A stretch of 50,865 bases of DNA from contig JBHLLF010000020.1 of the NCBI GenBank assembly GCA_048885865.1, forward strand, positions 1 through 50,865. Direction: 5' to 3'. Under the pieces are notes generated by a model, which saw only the letters and a list, made by a program, of their open reading frames with translations, was not told the origin of the DNA and made no database searches. How positions within the stretch are numbered: position 1 is the first letter of the stretch; every line of letters starts with the position of its first letter. Positions 18,564 through 28,331 of this stretch are shown here, one piece after another. This stretch comes from Candidatus Hermodarchaeota archaeon. GTDB lineage: Archaea > Asgardarchaeota > Thorarchaeia > Thorarchaeales > Thorarchaeaceae. The translations under genes were made by a program, and so were the position numbers.

Positions 18564-19649
18564 TCAGAAATAGGGCGAAACCGTTTCTAGGACCTTCTCG
18601 ATAATCTCCTCATTGGATTCTATCAACATCTTGTGCATCTCACGATCGATCTGATCATCGAGTTGAGGGAGTTTCTTGTTTTGTAGCCCTTCCAGACTCG
18701 CTCTTATGCTTGAACCAAGCACAAATGGATTGTATCCTCCCTCAAGAATCCAAAATGAGCCTCTAATTCCCAGCTTAGCCACCGTCTTCTCTACGAGGTT
18801 TCCGATAAGCCAGTATGTTCTCGAATCAACATCCATGTTTCCTACGGGATCCGCATAATGGGCATCGAATCCAGCAGAAACTGCTATGATGTCAGGTTTG
18901 AAGCTTTCTAAAGCCGGAGTTACAATCTGCTTCAATGCTGACTCGTATGATATGTTAGGGCTCGTTCCAACAAGGGGAATGTTGATGTTCTTTCCTTTCC
19001 CCTCACCATGCCCAATCTCGTCAAAGTGTCCTACGCCAAAATTCTCATAGTCATACTCATGCATAGAGATATACTGCATATTCGAATCTGCATAGAATAT
19101 CTCTGCCGTCCCATTTCCAAAGTGATTGTCTATATCAAGAATCGTGATTCGATTCACATCATCTCTTGCCATAACAGTCTTCGCAGCAACGGCAATATTG
19201 TTGAAATAACACAGACCCATCGACGTTGAAGTCGATGCATGATGCCCGGGCGGCCTTACTAGTGTGAAGGCATGTCTGGTGTTTCCTTCTGCTACTAGCT
19301 TTGCAGATTCAATTGCACCGCCGAGTGCATGCAGCGCTGAGCGAAGCAAGTCTGGACTTGCATATGATGATTCACCAAGATATCCACTTCCCAAATCAGA
19401 CATTATCTCAACAGTATGAACAAGGTATGGCGAATGAACCAGCAGTGCATCATCAAGCTTTGCTCGACTTGCCTTGGACACTTTCATCCCTTTAAGCACG
19501 CCATTCTCTTCAAGGTACTTGTAAGCCATCTGAATTCTAAGTGGAGTTTCAAATGCTTCGATATTTGGCTTGGGGAATGGTTGGGCATGTGCGTCAGATA
19601 GAGGTTGATGAATGAAGGCCATACTATTAGTCGTCAATTGCAACTCCAC
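18564..19649 (-). CDS. Histone deacetylase-family (Zn-dependent) deacetylase
   Basis: RPPGHHA, DIDNHFGNGT, SAGFDAH, LEGGY all intact. Confidence 0.92.
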   Translation of the reverse strand: MELQLTTNSMAFIHQPLSDAHAQPFPKPNIEAFETPLRIQMAYKYLEENGVLKGMKVSKASRAKLDDALLVHSPYLVHTVEIMSDLGSGYLGESSYASPDLLRSALHALGGAIESAKLVAEGNTRHAFTLVRPPGHHASTSTSMGLCYFNNIAVAAKTVMARDDVNRITILDIDNHFGNGTAEIFYADSNMQYISMHEYDYENFGVGHFDEIGHGEGKGKNINIPLVGTSPNISYESALKQIVTPALESFKPDIIAVSAGFDAHYADPVGNMDVDSRTYWLIGNLVEKTVAKLGIRGSFWILEGGYNPFVLGSSIRASLEGLQNKKLPQLDDQIDREMHKMLIESNEEIIEKVLETVSPYF

Positions 19650-19682
19650 TCCTCAGAAAGAATAAGGCCTCCTTAAACACTT

Positions 19683-21128
19683 TCACTTCAATGAGGGGAA
19701 GTCGGGCTCAGCGAGAAGTACCCAGTCTATCATGATATTCAGCAGCCTGGAAGAGGTTTCGCTTTTACTTGTCAATGCAAGGCCACTGATAGAAACATCC
19801 TCTATAAGTGAAGCAATAAGATCCTCAGCAGAGGTCCACCTACGAGCCTCTTCTATCCAAAGATATCCATCTCTTTCGATGGCATCTGGATGCGCCTGAC
19901 GAAAGCTGTCCGAGGCATTTTTCAGTGACAGTGGCGGACCCTTTCTTTCGTATTTCTCCGATATCACAGGTTTTTCCATTATGAACCCGACAGCGTATGA
20001 TGACCCCTCAAAGTATACCTCGGTGAGTATTTCGCCGAATCGAGGCTCTCCTGTATTCTCTCTAGACAATTCATTAGCTGCTTTTCTTGCAAAGCTATGA
20101 ATCTTATCTCTCAAAATCGTATAGTGAACTGAGCCATCTGATTTGAATTCGTGAACAGAACTATGCTTTTCAAACCATTTTGGCACAGCAACGGTCGGTA
20201 TTGGTTTTTCCAAGAGTAGCTCAAGAACTTTGCTAGAATTCCCCTTCTCGGCTGCAGAAATTAAGCGGGCTGATAGAACCTTCAACAGCCGAAAAGATCT
20301 TTGGTCAAAACTTGATGCGACATTCCTACCTGGATCCGTGGGATCCATAATGAAGATTTTGTCATCTCTAAAAGCTGGCATCTCTCCTAAATCATTTAGA
20401 CTCCTATGGAATGGATCCACAGGAATAATATCGAGCTCAAGAATCGCTCTGATAGCTTCATCAATTCCACCCTTCAAAATGACTAAGAGCTCTAACGCAT
20501 AGCCTGTGAATCCCATTTGTCCAACCGCACACCTATCAGCGTAGGCATGACAAGCGCGAACAAATGATTTCAGAATCCTGACATCATCTCTAAGCAATCC
20601 TATATTATTGAAGACATATTCCGAGTGATGGATAGTCCTGTCCATCGCTGTGATTGGGCCAGTTCTCTCTAAATCCCTCTGAGGAATGAAGAAGCACGAC
20701 ACTATATCAACCTCGAATCCCATCATCTCGAGGGACAAGTACGGATGCTGGGAGTATGTCTTTTGAAGTGAATTGAATTTGATTCCGGAAAGGGCGGGTT
20801 TGAACCAGTTTTCCACCATATTGTCCATGAGGTTGTCAATAGCCTCTCTCCTCCTCTTGGAATCTTGACTTAGTTCCTCTGGGTAATCGTCTTGTGAGAG
20901 AATCACAAAGAGATCTATATCCGAAGCTCCCCTGAGCTGAGTCTGTTTTTTCCCTGTTGAGCCCTGAGGTTCAATTGAATGATATGGATAGCCATTATCA
21001 ATCGCATAGCATTCAAGTGCACCCTTGAGGCTTTCAATTACTGTGATTTGTTTCTCGATTTCCTCATCAGTAGGCATAATCTCTGACAGAACTGCAGACG
21101 CAATTGCATTGGAGATTATTGAGCCCAA
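19683..21128 (-). CDS. cca: Archaeal (class I) CCA-adding enzyme
   Basis: GS....T.LRG.SDIDLF; YSQHPY; TAMDRT.HH; GFTGYALELL; DPTDP.RNVAS. Confidence 0.9.
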   Translation of the reverse strand: MGSIISNAIASAVLSEIMPTDEEIEKQITVIESLKGALECYAIDNGYPYHSIEPQGSTGKKQTQLRGASDIDLFVILSQDDYPEELSQDSKRRREAIDNLMDNMVENWFKPALSGIKFNSLQKTYSQHPYLSLEMMGFEVDIVSCFFIPQRDLERTGPITAMDRTIHHSEYVFNNIGLLRDDVRILKSFVRACHAYADRCAVGQMGFTGYALELLVILKGGIDEAIRAILELDIIPVDPFHRSLNDLGEMPAFRDDKIFIMDPTDPGRNVASSFDQRSFRLLKVLSARLISAAEKGNSSKVLELLLEKPIPTVAVPKWFEKHSSVHEFKSDGSVHYTILRDKIHSFARKAANELSRENTGEPRFGEILTEVYFEGSSYAVGFIMEKPVISEKYERKGPPLSLKNASDSFRQAHPDAIERDGYLWIEEARRWTSAEDLIASLIEDVSISGLALTSKSETSSRLLNIMIDWVLLAEPDFPSLK

Positions 21129-21252
21129 GTTTACGACCTACCCGCCTAAGAGGTAGCGAGTGCTTTGAATGTTCGCCTCGTCTCCCCCTAGGTTTAAAGC
21201 CGAGCTCGTTGAATTAACTGCTGTCCAAACAACTCAATGTGAGGAATTCCCA

Positions 21253-21744
21253 GTGGCTTCCATGATTCCAATAGTGATTAGCATTCTTCGCTGCAAAGGG
21301 GGGTATCTCTTCCTGAAGCGTACAAATTACCCGTATGAGAACCTATGGAGCTTGGTGGGTGGCAAGGTAGGAATTGGAGAGCATATACTTGAAGCAGCAA
21401 AACGAGAGGTTCTAGAAGAAACTGGTACGGCTTCTCTCACGAATTATGAGTATAGAGGGATTGTTTCGGAAAGATTGGTCCAAAGAGATGGAGCGCTTGT
21501 GAATCACTTCTTGATATTTGTTGGTCATGGAGAGATTAGCAACTACAGCGAATCTCATAGAGAAGGTGAACTGGCGCTTTTTACTTTGGATGAGATCAGC
21601 GCGCGTCAATCCGAATTCCTACCCTCTGATCGATTCATGTTTGACTGTTTTAGGAAGGCAAATGACGCTCCTTACGTATACGAAGCTGAGCTAGAACATG
21701 ATCAGGGAGTATACAAACTCAACTACTATAGGAAGGCTGTATAG
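21253..21744 (+). CDS. NUDIX hydrolase
   Basis: GGKVGIGE...AAKREVLEETG Nudix box. Confidence 0.88.
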   Translation: MASMIPIVISILRCKGGYLFLKRTNYPYENLWSLVGGKVGIGEHILEAAKREVLEETGTASLTNYEYRGIVSERLVQRDGALVNHFLIFVGHGEISNYSESHREGELALFTLDEISARQSEFLPSDRFMFDCFRKANDAPYVYEAELEHDQGVYKLNYYRKAV

Positions 21745-22751
21745 TGCAAACTGGCGAAATAGAAGTAGTGCCCCTAGCCGCTGAAAGTCTAGGAGTGCGG
21801 TCTTTTTGCACATTAGTGAAGACTCCCGATATACACATAGTGCTTGATCCCTCCGCCGCCCTAGCAATGCGAGAGCGTTTGGAGCCGCATCCAATAGAGT
21901 ATCAAACACTCATCAAGACCCTTGAACGAATCTTTGTGGAGTCAAGGAAAGCCGATGTTCTCTCAATATCTCATTATCATTATGATCATGTTCGCCCAGG
22001 ATTTACGGATTTCCGTTACAACTTGAGTTCGCGTGAGGAACTCCAAAGAATGTTTGATGGAAAGGTGATTCTTGCAAAAGACAATAGGGACAATATCAAT
22101 CCCTCTCAGCGACGCAGAGGATTCTACTTCGAAAAGGATATTCAACCAATCTCCGAGAAGATACATTGGAGCGATGGTGAAACTTTCGAATTTGGAGCAA
22201 CAAAAGTCGTCTGTTCAAAACCACTGTCACATGGCCCTTCTAATACGAAATTAGGATATGTAGTCGCAACTTCAATAGAACATGAAGGCCATTCGGTGCT
22301 GTTTGCCCCTGACCTTCAAGGTCCTGCAGTTCAAGATGATTTGGAGTATATCTTGTCAATCTCTCCAGACATACTGTTAGTTGGTGGGCCTCCTATTTAT
22401 TTGAGAAGATTCGAGGAGCAGGACAGACAATCTGCATTTCAATCAATGACAAGACTTGCCACTAAGCTTCCATTGGTTGTAGTTGACCATCACCTCATGA
22501 GATCAACGGAGTGGCTCAATTGGCTGCGTCCCATCAAAGCGGCAGCAGAAAGCGTAGGCAACCGAATTGTGAGTGTTGCCGAGTCGCTTGAAATAGAGAA
22601 TCGGTGTCTGGAATCAATGAGGGCTTTTCTTTACTCTGAATATCCACCATCATCTGATTTCATCCACTGGACTGAATCTACCGATGATTACAAGAAGAAC
22701 AACCTTCCGCCGCTAAATGACACTGCTCTAGATACGGTGAGGACATCATAG
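21744..22751 (+). CDS. Metallo-beta-lactamase-fold hydrolase (UPF0282-like)
   Basis: PLAAESLGVRS; ISHYHYDH; HG; DLQGP; DHHLMR. Confidence 0.85.
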   Translation: MQTGEIEVVPLAAESLGVRSFCTLVKTPDIHIVLDPSAALAMRERLEPHPIEYQTLIKTLERIFVESRKADVLSISHYHYDHVRPGFTDFRYNLSSREELQRMFDGKVILAKDNRDNINPSQRRRGFYFEKDIQPISEKIHWSDGETFEFGATKVVCSKPLSHGPSNTKLGYVVATSIEHEGHSVLFAPDLQGPAVQDDLEYILSISPDILLVGGPPIYLRRFEEQDRQSAFQSMTRLATKLPLVVVDHHLMRSTEWLNWLRPIKAAAESVGNRIVSVAESLEIENRCLESMRAFLYSEYPPSSDFIHWTESTDDYKKNNLPPLNDTALDTVRTS

Positions 22752-22915
22752 ACATCTTTTAGGGCATCTACGGCATGAAGAATTGCGAATCATGCGAGGA
22801 ACCAATGGACAAAATTGTCGCAGGGAGACAACATTGATGTGTGGACTTAATCGATGAGGCAACCGTCACCTAGGCGGTCTTTTTGTCCTGTAGGAAATCC
22901 ACTAAGCTACGGTGA

Positions 22916-23476
22916 ATGCCATTGAACCTGAACCAAAATGATGCAGAAGCCTCAGACAACACCACTCGCGAGCTGCTTGACCGTTTCAAGAGCGCCGTGA
23001 GTGAGGCCGATGAGCTTCTGGCTAATGAGCAGCATCAGCAGGCCATGGCATTATACTATGAAGCGAGTCAGTCTGCAGATGAGATGTCTGAACGTTTCCT
23101 TACCCTTCTGGTCAGGACCGCACCGAATAACGACTATCGCACACTTCTGATTGAGGTCATTAGCTGGCGCCTGAGGTATATTACCGCACAGTATGACTAT
23201 CATCTTGCTGTTGCTCAGACTCTCAGTGGCTTGCCCCGACAAGAGTGGATTGCTAGACTCGAAACTCTATTGGTCCTATCTCAGACTTGGGTCGATAAGC
23301 TACTGCCATTTCTTAAAGAGGTCCATGAGCCAGGCTTGAGAGGAAGGATTGAGGATGTTCTCTCGGATTGGGTGTCTGGTATCCGCAGCCTGATTGACAA
23401 ACTTATGAATTGGGGCATGGCCAGTGCGCAAGCATCGAGAGTGCTTGAATGGGCTATGGACAATGGTCTGGAGTGA
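22916..23476 (+). CDS. All-helical hypothetical protein
   Basis: 186-aa ORF with amphipathic helical pattern. Confidence 0.7.
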   Translation: MPLNLNQNDAEASDNTTRELLDRFKSAVSEADELLANEQHQQAMALYYEASQSADEMSERFLTLLVRTAPNNDYRTLLIEVISWRLRYITAQYDYHLAVAQTLSGLPRQEWIARLETLLVLSQTWVDKLLPFLKEVHEPGLRGRIEDVLSDWVSGIRSLIDKLMNWGMASAQASRVLEWAMDNGLE

Positions 23477-23493
23477 AAAACAGATTTGGACAG

Positions 23494-23715
23494 TCAATCC
23501 TCATCTTTTGATTTGCCTTCTATATAGGCGGCTGCAACCTCAGTGTCTGCGAGTTGCAGATGACTATCAACATAACAGACCAAATTGTGGTCATCGTGTT
23601 TGACGACTATAGCCACCGGAAAGCGTGTGACTTTCTTGAGTGCCTGGTCTGGAACTTTCCAAGAAATTGTCTTCTTACAGACGGGGCACTGCAACCACTT
23701 TAGGCCTTCAGCCAT
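23494..23715 (-). CDS. Small putative Zn-binding protein
   Basis: CPVC...H..H...YVD pattern; RBS AGGTGG upstream. Confidence 0.7.
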   Translation of the reverse strand: MAEGLKWLQCPVCKKTISWKVPDQALKKVTRFPVAIVVKHDDHNLVCYVDSHLQLADTEVAAAYIEGKSKDED

Positions 23716-23865
23716 CTAAACCACCTTTGCAATAGGAGCCGGCGATTGAGAATCTGCAATCGTACTAAAAACGTTTGCTGCTCCCTCAGTTAGTGAAGCC
23801 AGCGAATGCAGCTTCAATCATGCTATGATTCGAATATCAATGTTAATCGGATGTTGCAGTAACGC

Positions 23866-24741
23866 TCACTCCCCCAAATCGAGGTCCCATGCACCAGGGT
23901 CATCTAGGTCCCTGCTCATGATTGGGCCTTTTCTTTCTGCGAGTGCAGAGACATCGTATCTATCAGTATCTACAACAAGCTCCCTCGAGTCGGCATCATA
24001 GTATGCAGGAATCAGTCCTTCCTGAATGCCCTTCCTCACCAATTTTGCTAGTTTCGCTTCTTTCATGCCAGTACTTTCAACCAGACTTGTCATTGTAACA
24101 GCTGCCTCTGATTCCAATGATGTGCGAATGAAACCAGTAAGAATCAGGTAGAGGTATTGATGCGCCTTGCGGACAGTATTCCTGTCAACCGCTGTTTGCA
24201 GAACTTCTTCGATATAGAGGTCTGCATCTCCGAAGTGATATTCGCTCAACATCAATGCAAAGATGATCAGCTCTCTAATCTGGCCCTTCGTAGTTTCAGC
24301 AGCTGCATGTATAAGCTGCTTTGCTAGTTCAATATCGCCACCGGTTATAGCGCATAATGACCCCTCCACAAAATACGATGGGTCCTTTTCGTTTTCAGCA
24401 GCTAGGATGTATGCTTCCGATGCTATCTGGCAGTCAATCTCAAATTTGTCATGATGACCCTCTTTAATCCACGAATACCCTCCTTCAATCATGACATTAG
24501 CTGCCCTTGAATACCTGTGGGCTAGCATTGCGTGCTCGTATGCACGTTCGAAGCAATTGGCAGCTCGAGCAAAAGACTCCCAACGTCTCCAACATTCTGC
24601 GGCTGAAGCAAAGAGATCCGTCGCCTCCTCATTTAGACCCTCTGCAGCTTTCTTTTCAGCGAGTTCCTCTTGCTTGCTACAGTCGGCCTTTTGCATATTG
24701 GTGTGCTCCAAAAAGATGTACAAACCTGGCTGATTATGCAT
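23866..24741 (-). CDS. SNAP/TPR-like helical-repeat protein with C-terminal PCI-like winged helix
   Basis: AA.C...A-type helical repeats; C-terminal LVRKGIQEGLIPAYYD....LVV. Confidence 0.65.
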   Translation of the reverse strand: MHNQPGLYIFLEHTNMQKADCSKQEELAEKKAAEGLNEEATDLFASAAECWRRWESFARAANCFERAYEHAMLAHRYSRAANVMIEGGYSWIKEGHHDKFEIDCQIASEAYILAAENEKDPSYFVEGSLCAITGGDIELAKQLIHAAAETTKGQIRELIIFALMLSEYHFGDADLYIEEVLQTAVDRNTVRKAHQYLYLILTGFIRTSLESEAAVTMTSLVESTGMKEAKLAKLVRKGIQEGLIPAYYDADSRELVVDTDRYDVSALAERKGPIMSRDLDDPGAWDLDLGE

Positions 24742-24787
24742 CTTAAGCTTTGGTTCAGCCAGGTCAAGGCACTACAATCTGTGAAGA

Positions 24788-25471
24788 CTACCTTATAGCT
24801 CCATCCTTCATGCGAAGAACGCGTTTAGCGTACTTGGTCAGGTCCTCATTATGTGTGACCAAGACGACTGTCATATTCTTTTCTCTGGCAAGATTCGCGA
24901 TATCCTTCATGATGCTGTCGCCTATCTTGCTGTCTAGATTTCCGGTGGGTTCATCACAGAATAGAATTGGAGGCCTGTTTACTAGAGCCCTCGCAATTGC
25001 CACGCGCTGTTGTTCGCCGCCGCTCATCTGACGCGGAAAGTGATCCCTTCTCTCGAGCATGTCAACATCTCGGAGAACTTCCAGAGCCATCTTCTCTTGG
25101 GTTTCTTTTGTCAGCTCTTCATTTGGCCAGAGGACTGATTCAACATTCTCATATGCGGTGAGATCCTCGATGAGAAGGAAGGCCTGAAAGACGAACCCTA
25201 TCTTTTGAGCCCTCACCTTAGGGAGATCCCTCTCACTAATTAGAGTGACATCAACAGCATCTAGAAGGACTCTTCCTGTTGTCGGTTGTTCAAGACCTGC
25301 CATAACATGAAGCAATGTTGATTTTCCGCAGCCTGACGGTCCGACAACAGCTATGAATTCACCTTGTTGGATCTCAAGATTGATGTCCTTTAGCGCAGCA
25401 ACAGTGTTTTTTCCCTTGCCAAACTCCTTGTTTACATCTTCGAGTTGGATTATTGCATTTGCCATATTCAT
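24788..25471 (-). CDS. ABC transporter ATP-binding protein (LolD type)
   Basis: GPSGCGKST, MSGGEQQRVAIARA, CDEPTGNLD. Confidence 0.92.
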   Translation of the reverse strand: MNMANAIIQLEDVNKEFGKGKNTVAALKDINLEIQQGEFIAVVGPSGCGKSTLLHVMAGLEQPTTGRVLLDAVDVTLISERDLPKVRAQKIGFVFQAFLLIEDLTAYENVESVLWPNEELTKETQEKMALEVLRDVDMLERRDHFPRQMSGGEQQRVAIARALVNRPPILFCDEPTGNLDSKIGDSIMKDIANLAREKNMTVVLVTHNEDLTKYAKRVLRMKDGAIR

Positions 25472-25989
25472 TCCTCCCTCAGTGCTCTCATTGGTGCAAT
25501 CATCATGGCTCTACGTTGCGCCAGGTATAAGCCCGGTAGCTGCAATACCACAATAACAAATAGAGTAACCATGAGGTCCCCAAGGGGAACTGCGAGCAAT
25601 GCCTGCAGACCATCGAGAAAACCTGTGTCAAACAATGGCTCGAAGTAAGCCACTAAACCCAGCAGTTCGACACTTATTTGAAACACCAATAGAAATGCCG
25701 AGAGTGATACAAGAACCACTTCTCCAACCATGATTAGGAATATGTCATTATTATTCCATGAAACACATTTGAGAATCGCGATATCCTTCGCCCTAGACTG
25801 TGCAATCAGGACTGCATATAATGTTGCCAACACAAATGCGGCAAAGAGCCAAAGGAGTTGATCTACTCCCGAGGCCAGTCCGCGTGACACCATTACAATA
25901 AGAAACGCATAGATTACAATGAAAGTAAACACACGTCTCTTGGCGCGGAAAGCGAATTTTATACTCTTGAAAAGAACTCTGAGATTCAA
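25468..25989 (-). CDS. Minimal FtsX-like ABC permease
   Basis: R.KDIAILKCVSW motif, 4 TMs, P.RALREE end; overlaps the ATPase start. Confidence 0.78.
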   Translation of the reverse strand: MNLRVLFKSIKFAFRAKRRVFTFIVIYAFLIVMVSRGLASGVDQLLWLFAAFVLATLYAVLIAQSRAKDIAILKCVSWNNNDIFLIMVGEVVLVSLSAFLLVFQISVELLGLVAYFEPLFDTGFLDGLQALLAVPLGDLMVTLFVIVVLQLPGLYLAQRRAMMIAPMRALREE

Positions 25990-26071
25990 TGGCGTGAAAC
26001 CTCCGACTGTACGCCCTGTGTGATTTGATTCACAGATTTATACTAATTTGTGTTTTGTGGGGGAATAGAAC

Positions 26072-26257
26072 TCATCCGGACTCGGTGTCATCGTCCCTCA
26101 AGAGGGGTCCTCCATCTCTTGGCCACAGCTCGCGACGCAATAGGTCACGGATTGCAACTCTGATTGCCTCGCTCCTGGAGGGATACATGCCAATCTCAAC
26201 CAGCTTGTCCAATCCGTCCGCATAAATCTCACTCATCTTGACAGTAATTAGCCGCAT
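26072..26257 (-). CDS. Ribbon-helix-helix regulator (CopG/CdrS-like)
   Basis: ITVKM...LD.LV..G.YPSRSEAIR.AIRDLL. Confidence 0.85.
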   Translation of the reverse strand: MRLITVKMSEIYADGLDKLVEIGMYPSRSEAIRVAIRDLLRRELWPRDGGPLLRDDDTESG

Positions 26258-26489
26258 GCTGCGTTGTCCTCCCGACAGGTACGACCCCGGTAATACCTGT
26301 TATAATCTCTTCCAGACTAAGACTAGAAAAAATGAATAGGGCGCCAACCTATTTTGATATGAGAATGGGTTTGGCACTCCATTAAATGCCATAAAAGGCT
26401 AAATATGGTCAAAGCCCAGCTCTCACTGATTCACGGATTGTGCACTGCTGAGATATGCACTAGTATGATCGATCTCGCGAGGGACCAAC

Positions 26490-27026
26490 TTGACTAAAGC
26501 TGCAGAATTTGATTTCATGCGCAAGGTTGTCATGATTGGAGCTGGTGGCAGTGGCAAGACCGCACTCGTAAATCGTTTTCTAACGCAGAAATTCTCCGAG
26601 CAGTATATCGTAACCATTGGTTCGCAGTTTGCAGTGAAGACCGTGGCTGTTCCAGATAACAACGGCAACTCTGTTGTAGTCAAACTTTTGGTGTGGGACT
26701 TGGCTGGACAGCAGCGATTCGATTTCATACGTGGAAGCTACTATAGAGGGTCGAAAGGAGCACTGCTTGTTTTTGACACAACAAGAAAGAGTACTTACAT
26801 TGAGCTTCCCAAATGGATTGAGGAAACGGAAAATGCCTTGGGTGAAAGGATTCCCATAATCCTCCTTGCCAACAAGGTTGATCTTGCAAACGAACGCATA
26901 ATCACAACTGAGATGGGCATGCAATTTGCTGAAGAACACAATCTGGTCGCCTACCTAGAAACCAGCGCATTGACTGGTCAAAACGTGGAAGAAGCATTCA
27001 GTCTGCTCGCTAAATCGAGTATTTAG
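26490..27026 (+). CDS. Rab-like small GTPase
   Basis: GAGGSGKT, TIG, WDLAGQQRF, YYRG, NKVD, ETSA; no C-terminal prenylation Cys. Confidence 0.93.
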   Translation: MTKAAEFDFMRKVVMIGAGGSGKTALVNRFLTQKFSEQYIVTIGSQFAVKTVAVPDNNGNSVVVKLLVWDLAGQQRFDFIRGSYYRGSKGALLVFDTTRKSTYIELPKWIEETENALGERIPIILLANKVDLANERIITTEMGMQFAEEHNLVAYLETSALTGQNVEEAFSLLAKSSI

Positions 27027-27121
27027 CAGGTTTATCGTCTCTCGTGCATGGACCGAAACTACTATACCCAATTCAAATCCCGGGAGCCTCATTCTACAGG
27101 AACTATTCTGAAGTGAGTTCA

Positions 27122-28264
27122 ATGGCAGGAAAAAAGCTTGATGTCAAACTCCTAGAAGCCTTATGCAATTCGTTCGGGCCAAGTGGCCATGAGCATGAGG
27201 CACAGAAGATTGCTAGGGATTACGGGGCCAAGTACGCCGATGAGGTTCTTTATGACCGAATGGGTTCGGTTGTCTTCCGTAGAGGGGACAAAGGCCCCAA
27301 AATCATGTTGGCTGGGCACGTTGACGAAATTGGCTTTGTGATAACAGAGATTGATAAGAATGGATTTCTCCGTTTTCATCAACTAGGAGGTTGGTGGGAT
27401 CAAACTCTACTCACACAAGAGGTCATAATCAAACCTTCCCAAGGAGACAAGAAAATCACCGGTGTCATAGGAGCTCCTCCGCCTCATGTTTTGGGTCCTG
27501 AAGAACGTTCCAAGGTGGTAACCAAGGAGAAGATGTTCATTGACATCGGCTGCAACTCACCCAAAGAGGTGAAGGAACTAGGAATTAGAGTTGGTGATCC
27601 AGGTGTGCCAAATTCCATTTTCAGGATAATGGAACGAAAGCGGAGGGTGAAGAAGAGCGAAGACGACAAAGATGCAGATGAAGAAGGAAGAGAAGTCACT
27701 CTAGCGGTGGCAAAAGCATTCGATGATCGGATTGGAGTCTTTATAGCGCTGGAGGTTTTAAGAAGACTCTCTGAGGAGGACATCTCGCATCCAAACATTG
27801 TCTATGCAGTATCCACGACTCAAGAGGAGGTTGGACTGAGAGGAGCAAGAACAGCTGCCCAGATGCTTCTACCAGATATCGGATTTGCGCTTGATGTCGA
27901 TATTTCTGGTGATGTGCCTGGAGTCAAGGGTCTTGTTCAGAAGATGGGCAAAGGCGTGGCAATTTCCGCCGGAGATGGATCAATGATACCAAATCCGAAA
28001 TTCCGTCAGTTCGTCTTGAATATTGCAGAGGAGAGAGGTGTCAGACATCAACCAGCATTTCTGAAGTCTGGAGGAACTGATGCCGGAATTATCCATATTA
28101 CAGGAATGGGTGCCCCCTCGCTATTCATCGGAATTCCAACGAGACATATTCATTCTCATCATGGAATGCTTGATTTATCAGATGTCGAGAATGCTGTGGA
28201 GCTTCTTGTCGAAGTGATAAAGAGACTCGATGAGAAGACTGTCAAGAGCTTTACTGAACTCTAG
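27122..28264 (+). CDS. M42 (TET-type) metallo-aminopeptidase
   Basis: GPSGHE, GHVDEIG, KAFDDR, QEEVGLRGA, GGTDAG, HIHSH. Confidence 0.92.
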   Translation: MAGKKLDVKLLEALCNSFGPSGHEHEAQKIARDYGAKYADEVLYDRMGSVVFRRGDKGPKIMLAGHVDEIGFVITEIDKNGFLRFHQLGGWWDQTLLTQEVIIKPSQGDKKITGVIGAPPPHVLGPEERSKVVTKEKMFIDIGCNSPKEVKELGIRVGDPGVPNSIFRIMERKRRVKKSEDDKDADEEGREVTLAVAKAFDDRIGVFIALEVLRRLSEEDISHPNIVYAVSTTQEEVGLRGARTAAQMLLPDIGFALDVDISGDVPGVKGLVQKMGKGVAISAGDGSMIPNPKFRQFVLNIAEERGVRHQPAFLKSGGTDAGIIHITGMGAPSLFIGIPTRHIHSHHGMLDLSDVENAVELLVEVIKRLDEKTVKSFTEL

Positions 28265-28278
28265 TTCTTGGAAGAGCT

Positions 28279-28310
28279 ATCTGGTCCAGTACGTATAAGC
28301 TGGACCAGAT
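28279..28310. terminator. Hairpin between convergent genes (putative bidirectional terminator)
   Basis: ATCTGGTCCAG / CTGGACCAGAT perfect 11-bp inverted repeat. Confidence 0.6.
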
Positions 28311-28331
28311 GGATTCCATCATCTATTTATT

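Noticed and set aside
22841-22902. Hammerhead ribozyme (GATGA...GAAA)
   Set aside because: The core reads TCGATGA, not CTGATGA, and the stem topology does not fit
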